Shown: piece after piece, positions 55,555-64,000 of the stretch
How the letters are laid out: each line of letters starts with the position of its first letter
Numbering within the stretch: position 1 is the first letter of the stretch
DNA from: Daphnia carinata
Lineage: Eukaryota
Direction: 5' to 3'
DNA: 64,000 nt
Assembly (NCBI RefSeq): GCF_022539665.2
Contig: NC_081333.1
Span: 3,844,001-3,908,000, forward strand
Position numbers and translations under genes: made by a program
The notes under the pieces: model-generated
The model's database searches: none
Told to the model about the DNA's origin: nothing
Seen by the model: only the letters and a program-made list of their open reading frames with translations

Positions 55555-58500
55555 ATCCAAAGATATCTAAAATGGTTTTAAGCGAAAAAGCGATTCTTTT
55601 TTTTTCAGTCTTTTGTGTTTGAGTTCCTTTAACTTAATTTCAAAAGCACTATCTGGCCATGTAAAAATGTTAGGCAATGTATTTTTCGTCTGTGCAATTC
55701 TTACTTTTTCAATGTGCATTTCGATAGCACTTTTTGTGAGATTGCACTGCTGCACGCAGAAAATTTAACTTAGCTCCATTTCAGTCATGTATCATATCTC
55801 AGATGTGTCGAATACAAATTAACTGTCGTTATATGTCGAGATAGCTTAGGCAAATTAGAAGCCATTGCTGCATGGGATTCAACAAAGAAATCGCTGTTAA
55901 TTATTAATACTTTACTTTTCTTATACTAATTTTAAAATATTGCAAAGGTTTTTATTTGGGTCAAATTTCTACGGCCTTGCTGTCTTTCCCTTGTGATGTA
56001 CCAGTATTTTTAGACGACAAAACAATAATTTTAGTCCAAGTCAGGTGATTACAGTATAGAATGTAGTATTCGAACGGAATAGAATTCGAAATGTTCTGGG
56101 AATTCCGAGTCACGAGTGTTCCTATATTTACGTGCACTGCAGAGTCTACAATTGACTAGTGGATCGATCTTTTTTCAAAGCACAAGTTAATCGAACGATT
56201 AGGACATTGCGTGTGACGTATGTTTTCCCACACATGAATACCTTAATGCCATGTCAAGTCTTGACACTACGTAAGGAGATAATTCAAGTTTGTCGATATA
56301 CATGACGTATATCGACAAACGTGAATAAGTTCTTCTTCCCACATAATTCATATTAAATATGTGACCTAGCAAATAATCGATCATGATTGTTTTACGTAAA
56401 ACTTTATTATACCGGCGAATGGTAACGCGTAGCAATTGGTCGTCCATCTTTGAGCTTTGTTGGTTGCCAGCACTTATTTCAGGACCCCATAGGTCAGATC
56501 CCAACATGTGGCATTTTCGACAACTCCTTAAACATAATTAGGTTCTAGCTGATAGTGGCATTCCGGGAAAAGTTCAATGCACTTGCAATGAAATTGTTGA
56601 AGTTCAGGGTAATGACTAGCAACATTATTATCGTTTTCAAAAATAAAAGATGAAAGTCAAACAAAGAAAAAACAGCACTACAAATAAAAAATTAACCGGG
56701 TAAAAACCATGAAGCATTAATGTGTCACAATTTAATATGCTATCAGCTAGCGCCACCGCGCGCCAGCCCACTAGTCAGCCAGTTGTCATAAATTTGAATT
56801 CGTTTTATTCTTGCAGCAGCTCTGCAGTGATTTGTGTGGCTTGTGTGAATGCAGAGTATGTCAGGCAGTGGTAGATATTGCACAGCAAAAAGGTGACTAA
56901 ATGTGTAATTCATTACTTTAAAAAACATTTTTTCTGCATGAACTTCTTGTTCAAGGCCAGTAGATGTACAGCAAGGTCACTTTCTGCACATGGTACCAGA
57001 TAATATCTTATACTGAGAAGTGTTGCTATATTAAAACTCACCAAAGAGGTTTGCCAAAGTAAGAAGTCTAGTTTCTAAAACAAGGGAAGAATGTTATTGT
57101 AATGTACAGTAATTCTTTTGTGATCAGCCATCATGAGTCATGATCTACACATGTTTAAGTCCTTCGAGGTTAGACAGACTTTCCTGTGTATCTATCTTCA
57201 TCGTTCACCACATATCCATCAACAACATGGTAGGTGTGTGTAAACTTTTTTCTATGAGATTTGGGTTGTTGAATTGTATTGAAATCTTTGTACCACCTAA
57301 TTTCTTTCCTCTGCTTTCAAATCTTATCGTCATATTGGATAGGCTGTAATAGTTTCTTTTAAAGCTTAACAGTCTTTCACCTAGTCAAGTTATAGTGGTC
57401 ATTGCATTTGTCAAAACACTAAAAACAAAAGAATAATGCAGCATGATTTATTTGTCTCGTTTTCCCACAGTTTTATAGATGCTATTGGCTGTGAGTGATA
57501 CAGTACGCCTTAGTCGTTTCACGCTGCTTAGCATTTGAAATTTTTTTCGCCTATCTTCCATCTGCAGTACGATTGTAAAAATATTTAAAATTTTGACACA
57601 AGTGATAGCTAATTCCCTATATTATACGGGTAATTCTGAATCAGTTTTTTTTTCCTATTTTATAAAACATCAGTTGGAAAATGTAACAACTAAACATGTG
57701 CTTGAATTGTTTTGTCTAATTTTTGGTTTGGATTAGAAATAGGTCAACATTCCCTGAAAAGAATGCTTCAGCCTAAGCAGGTGGCCGGACGGGCTTTATT
57801 ATTCGGAATTCTAACGAGATGAACTCGCTTGTCATCAAGAAACGAAATGTTTACCAAATTCTATGTATACAGTAGGCCTTTGATATTGCCCTTCAATTCT
57901 CTACACGTCTTTGTTTTCAAACATATCTAACGATCTTTAAATGTTTACTTTTCAAAGCAGAAAGAAGAATGAAGAACAGAAAAAGAGAAAATCGCTAACA
58001 AAGAAAGCCATGCAAAGATAACGATGCTTCCTCCTTGATAAAGGAAAGGTCCATACCCTCGGCATCTCAGCACGTGAAAGTAAAGCAGCTGGACATTCTT
58101 TATAATGCCTCGTATAGTTCCAAAAGAATTGCAATTTCTTATTCTAGTGAGCTTTTCCTGGAAAACAAGGCTGATCAATTCGGAACGGTGCGGATTAAAC
58201 GAATCATTAGGGAGCCTAGTTGGTTCCCCCTTCGAGCTTTTCCGTTGTTTACTGCTTCGTTGAAACGACAATTACCGACACTGATTCGTATCACGTCGCA
58301 CGGTGGATGGAAACCGATGCAGGAAGTAAAAAAAATGGAAATAATGGAACGGCCGCTGTAGTGTTGTCTACATGTACGGCACGCAAACTCAGGTTGTATG
58401 AAGCAGGACGCGTTCTCTGAATAATACATTTTTTTTTGTCCGCGGTGTTGCCGTCAACCGTTGACGTTGTAGCCAGTCTCCCGTCCACCCCACAGTTAAG

Positions 58501-58684
58501 GAGAGAAACATTTCGACCACAGCACACGGACGTGATATACTTTGGTTTGTGTGTCTTGTTTTTCGTTATCCCGCCAGTGTCGAGCGCACCTTTCCAAGCG
58601 TAGAACTCAAATATCATTCAACCCCCTGATTCGATAGTGGACGGATTGTAGCTATAGCAACACGAGTGTGCGTGAAAAAAGGAA

Positions 58685-60477
58685 ATGGCTTCATATTTAA
58701 GGTAATATTGGTCTCCTTTTCGACAAGGCAATGTGGATGTTTCTAACGATCGCTTCATTATTTTATTCCCCAAAGTGTAATTTCCACGTTAGTGGCTCTC
58801 AGTCTCTGCACAATATGCGCAGGTAATATAAGTAAAGTTCTGTTTATTTGCTTAATGGAAAATAAATAAAAATTTTATTTTGATACACAGAAAACATTGG
58901 ATTTAACAGTGGTGTAGCGGGAGGTACTGCAGGTGGGTCGAGAGCCAACTGGGATCAGCAACAACAAGGACAATTCCGACCTTTTGGCAGTGATAAACCA
59001 TGTTCTGTCTTAGTCAATGTAATTTGATAACGCTGCACCTGTGTGTAATGGATGGTCCAATAATCGTGTATGTTTTATTTCTATAGGAAACAATGACGCA
59101 AAATGACGCCCAAGTGATCATTGAGCGTATCCTGATTACGGCAGATACGATGGGTAACAGCTTTTCCTCCTCATCGTTTACGGGTGGATCCAACCAACAA
59201 CTAGACACATGGGCAGCACAGGCATGCGGGTGTGTCCATAATATTTACAATTTAATCAGCAATTTATATTCCAAATTTTCTGTAACCAGATTAAAATTTT
59301 TAAATTTCTTTTCAGGCAAATGCAAAACATTGTCGGCTATTTGAAATCGGCTTGTCAGTTCAGCCTCAGCGCTAGCTCCATTTCCAGTACGAGCAGCACC
59401 AGCTCAACGGAACTGGTGGCCCAGAAAAAATTAGGCGCCCTGAACGCGGCCAAGGATTACCTCTGTTCCAACAACCAAGTTAACCTGAAAGGTAAAAATC
59501 ATTTGTATTCATTCCGGGTCACGCAGGTCTAGCCAAGACTTAGAGTGGACGACAATAACTTATTTGTGCGGCATATAATTATCTTTAGAAATGGCCATGA
59601 ATAATGGAGCGCAGTGTGCCCGCAAAACTGATTTGAATGAATTCGGTTGCAACGTTCAACAAGGAGCACAGCCTACCTTTATACAAATGTTGCCGTCATC
59701 GAATCGACAAACGTTGAAATACGGGACATCCATTATTCTTAGCATGAATAGCTACAACAACGATGATTGCAAGTATTGAACAACACATCTTGTATATATT
59801 TTCATTGTTACAGCTATTTTTCTAACATGATAAATCTTGCCAGGTACATTGCAGATATAACCAATTGCATCTTGGACAAATATACGCGTGGAACTGATTT
59901 TTGTAGTTCGCGGGCATCGACGCACTTTGGCCGTATCTTTGATGTGATGCTTCAAGGTGTCCAGTGCAAAACGGGTGGCTACTCTACGTTCAACTCTTTT
60001 GACAGTTCCAATAGTTTCAACAACAATCCAGCCTTCAATCGTTTCCCTAGCGGCAGCAATTTGCCAAACAACCAAAACAATTTCGGCTTAAACAGTGGCA
60101 GTTTTCCTCAAAATTTTCCTCAAGGATCAGCAGACAGTAATGGCTTTAATGGACAAGGTATCAATAATTTCGGCATGAACTCTGGAAGTAACTGGCCGCA
60201 AAATCAAAATGGATTCGGAATGAATTCTGGAAGTAACTGGCCACAACAAAATCCAAATTCTTTTGGAATGAATTCCGGAAGTAACTGGCCACAACAAAAT
60301 TCGGGACAAGGTTCCGGTATCTTTGGACAGAGCTCCAATAATCAAGGTCAAAACTCCTTCCAATCAAGTGGAACAATTCCACCATACAATCGGAGGCCTT
60401 ACAACAGCGGAAACGCCATCCAGGCGACCATGACAATGGTTGTTTCAACCATATTTGTCGCGTGTTTGGTTCTTTAA
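58685..60477 (+). CDS. Secreted, putatively GPI-anchored protein with a ~10-Cys domain and an N/Q/G/F-rich repeat tail
   Basis: Spliced signal peptide MASYLS|VISTLVALSLCTICA, Cys-spaced domain, FGMNSGSNWPQ repeats, hydrophobic C-terminus SGNAIQATMTMVVSTIFVACLVL. Confidence 0.7.
60169..60300 (+). repeat. Coding tandem repeat, 3 copies of FGMNSGSNWPQ
   Basis: ggaagtaactggcc occurs three times at 42-45 nt spacing. Confidence 0.9.
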
Positions 60478-61220
60478 ATTATAATTTTTTTTTCTTTATT
60501 TTCGCACTACACAATCCCATGCCCAACTACGGGGAAAGCAGCTGTCCTTCATCCCACAGTAGCATTTGATAAATTCTTTTAATAATAAAATATTTGCTGC
60601 ACTTTCAGTGACAGTACAGCACAAAAAAATGTAAGTAGTTAGTATTTCCGTTACACACTTGGGATATGTATATTTAGTTACTCTTTGAATATCAAAAAAT
60701 TAAAAAAGGACATTTTAAAGCTATTAAAACAAAGAAAAAAAGAGAAACGGCTGATCAGCACTTGGCATTCCTCGTCACGTGACTTGAGGTCTTCGACTTT
60801 GGTCATTGTGTCGATCGACTGTAATTTCGTTATTTCTTAATTTGTTATTTTAAACAAATTTTCAATTTCAGGGAATGGTGGAATCAGGATCAATAGATCG
60901 ATGTACAAAACAACAAGCAAGAAAAATCACCAGCCTTTGGGCAAGAGAATAACGGAAAGAAAAATATACCTGCAATAGCTTTCACAATCGTGGTAAGAAA
61001 AAACAAACAAGACAATTGAGATGATGCTTATAAAACACTGACAAAGCCTTCGTTTTTCAACAAAATATTTTGAAGCATACAACGCGCGCTGAAATCATTG
61101 TATAAATGTGTGACAAGAATAGGTCATCAATGGCAAAGTGATGCACCACCACTTGACTCTTTGAGAAAACAAAATAGAGAGGGAGCAAAAGAGAGCGAAA
61201 ATGAATGGAGAGATACAGAT

Positions 61221-62685
61221 TTAATCAACGAATTTGTCTTCAAATTCATCGTGAGAGAGTTGTTGCTTTTTGGCTTTCAGAAGCTCCTGGGTCTTGTTCA
61301 TCCAATGCCGTTCTTGCTGGGCCACCTTGAGCGTGTTATTGGCGACCCATTGGTCTGCATCGCCATAATTAGGTGGATTGGCTCGAGGATCGTAGCCGAA
61401 AGTAGACAACATCGGTGCAATATCGGGCATGTCTCTAATGACATCCGCTGGAATTTGACCCACCCATTTGCTAAGTGCTTCCAAATTGATGGGTTTCACA
61501 ACCTGATCCGACGATCTTTCAACTCTATTAAAAGTTAACGATATTTAAATTTTCAGGTAATTCAAAAGGTATATGTATATTATTTACTTCGATAGTGAAA
61601 TCCCACCAGGTCGATTGATAAGCTGCTCGTGATGCAAGACTACATCGTCCCATGGAACGTCAAGGAATTGAAGAATTTTCTCCATCCATACCTGAGGGTG
61701 AAGCACGAGTTGTTCGTAATGAACCATCAAGCATCGAGAGGGTCCAACACTTTGACACTCATTGTGCATAATGGTGACAGCTTTATTCCACTTAGTCAAG
61801 CAATCGCGGTAACTGGTTAAATCAAACCCAGTGATTGTCACTTTTCGAGTGATGATCGAGTGTACAGTCGCCCGTCCGTCTCGCACCATCAATACAAATT
61901 TGGCGCGAGGAAACAGCTCGGACAGATAAACGGCCGACTTCATGGTGAACGGGTCCTTATTGCATAAACGCTTGGCTGGCTCGCCGTGCTTGGCGACAAT
62001 CTCTACTATAAACGCCGCGATGGCTGAATTAAGCACCTGTTTACAAAACACAATTATCCCATGGAGATATGAAAAATATTATCTCTTTATTTCGTTTTTT
62101 GTTACCTCGGCGGTGACACCAGCCTCTTCTAGTCGCATTTTTTCTTTTTGAGACTTGACCCACTGGGCTCGCATTTGTAAAAGGCGTGGTAAGACACGTG
62201 TCTCTTCGCCGCAGCGGATATCCGGATGGGCGTCCAGCAAGACACGGGCCAAAGTGGTTCCCGATCGAGGCATTCCTCCGATGAAGATCATCGGCTCCAT
62301 TCGGTCGTAGCTGTACGTCCGCTTTTCGGCGTCCACAACGATGTGCTGTAACAGAGGCTGCTTCGTTTTTGTTGTGTCCATATTTTGTTTGTGTGCAGGA
62401 TTGTGTTTTAAAGGGAAAAGAGCGTGCGAGGGAGAGGTGGAAGAGCCAGATGGGTGAACGTAGGAGAAGGAAGTTAAATTTGTTATATATAAGCCTCCAC
62501 CAGAAAGGTTAATTTTTCAATCACAGATGGTGAAAGTTGATTGGTAAAATGAATAACCATACCTGACCCCCAAATGGAGTTGAGTTGCATGGCCTCTTCC
62601 ATATTTGGAATACCATTATAAGGATGAGAATAGGTATCCCATAGATTAGTATACGCTTTACTCCTACTCCACGTGTGAACACCAT
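61221..62685 (-). CDS. TPST: Protein-tyrosine sulfotransferase, multi-exon (an upstream in-frame ATG also lies at 62781)
   Basis: Type II TM anchor, [66 protein letters not shown]. Confidence 0.95.
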
Positions 62686-63524
62686 TGTGAGGAACCTTTT
62701 TTTCAGACCTAAAGGTGCTTGATGAGAGAAGGAGAACTGAGCCTTCTTACGCTGGTGGTTGGAGACAAATGGCCACTTCATATCATTTCTAAAAGATCTA
62801 GAAGGGTAAACATCATCAGAACAAGATTATCACTGACTGCCTTCTGAGTTGCCCTTTCCTTAGCAATTTGTAGAAGGAACACACATCGGTTAAGAGATGG
62901 ATAAGATAACTATTGTGAGCAGAATATGGCTGCCCATGAATAGTAGTTTGCACAGAAAACTCTACACTTTACGATTTGCCGTAATACTGATCACTTAATG
63001 AAATTTTATAATAAGCAAAACATGTCGAGATGATAGTTCGAACAGACAAGTTTAGTGATCGATAGAAATGATAAGGAAAATTGTTTGCTTTAATGCATTC
63101 GATTATTTTTCAAATAAACGTTACTAACAGAGGACATAAATGGTACCAAAACTAGAAGTGAGTTTCTTACCCTTCTGAAGAACAAGAATAAATACAGGTT
63201 ATTTATATTTTTTTTAGAATAAGGAAATAACCATCCAAATGTCTACATATCCAACGAGTTTCTACTGCTTGCCACGCAAGAATCACAAATCCCTCGTTTA
63301 CGTCACTGGCTAGATTCAAGTTAACCGATTAACTTACCTCGTTGCCACAGCTACGTTGATAGCAGGCGAACAAAACAGACGTAGCAGACTAGCAGCTAGT
63401 AGGAGGGAGCGAGGGACGAAAGCCAACAAATACTTTCCACGTGAGAATTTTTGCATATTTGGGCACAGTGAGTGCGTTAATCTTTAGAACTTGCAAGAGC
63501 TTTGGATGGAAATCCTGTTCAAAA

Positions 63525-64000
63525 ATGAAATACGGTTGGTTTATTATAAAGCGTTGTAGGAGTTGTTTTGGGTCTCAAGGGCCTACACGGATTATTAGAA
63601 GTGAAAGATTGTTCAGTTCCAATACTGATGACAGCAGACATTATGATGTCATTGTTGTTGGGGGAGGTCACGCTGGAACTGAGGCTTGCGCTGCAGCAGC
63701 GAGAATGGGATGCAAAACATTATTACTCACACATAAACTGGAGACAATTGGTAATCATCTCACAGTCAATATGATTTAAACCAAAATTAGAAAATTATTA
63801 TTTGTATTAGGGGAGATGTCATGCAATCCATCGTTTGGTGGAATTGGGAAAGGACACCTGGTATTTGAAATATTATTTATGATTTTATACATTAAAAGTA
63901 TTCTTGCGTAAGCAAAGGTGTTTTTTTTTTAGATGAGAGAAGTTGATGCCTTAGATGGGGTCTGTGGAAGAATCTGTGATTTATCTGGAATCCAGTACAA
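63525..64000 (+). CDS. MTO1: MTO1/GidA tRNA uridine-34 modification enzyme, 5' part only (runs off the window)
   Basis: Mitochondrial presequence-like N-terminus, [49 protein letters not shown]. Confidence 0.93.

Noticed and set aside
57945..58617. Several overlapping ~100-aa ORFs on both strands
   Set aside because: No domain signal; they lie in the presumed promoter/5' region of the downstream surface-protein gene.

Overview
Gene-dense, AT-rich animal genomic DNA with many 60-90 nt GT-AG introns and long homopolymer runs. The compact architecture and gene set suggest a branchiopod crustacean such as Daphnia, which is an inference. About 20 spliced protein-coding genes can be reconstructed, in order: Fer3/NATO3-type bHLH, cytochrome b561 (with an apparent 1-nt frameshift), a cationic amino-acid transporter-like gene, three tandem kraken/SERHL serine hydrolases, a divergent Cdc20/Cortex-family APC/C activator, neprilysin-2-like, an unknown coiled-coil gene, (6-4) photolyase, ORC3, a NAT8-like GNAT, KIF12-like kinesin, BCL7, a BED-finger-bHLH-PAS gene, DHX37, TMX2, two Cys-rich putatively GPI-anchored proteins, TPST and the 5' end of MTO1. 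The most striking observation is a divergent Methoprene-tolerant-like bHLH-PAS gene whose first exon encodes a BED zinc finger. Also notable are ORC3 and the GNAT gene with interdigitated stop codons, a foldback/MITE-like element just upstream of the photolyase, loss of PTS1 in one of the three hydrolase paralogs, a GC-AG intron and a candidate 24-nt microexon. All gene models were assembled by eye and family calls come from motif recognition, with no database searches.
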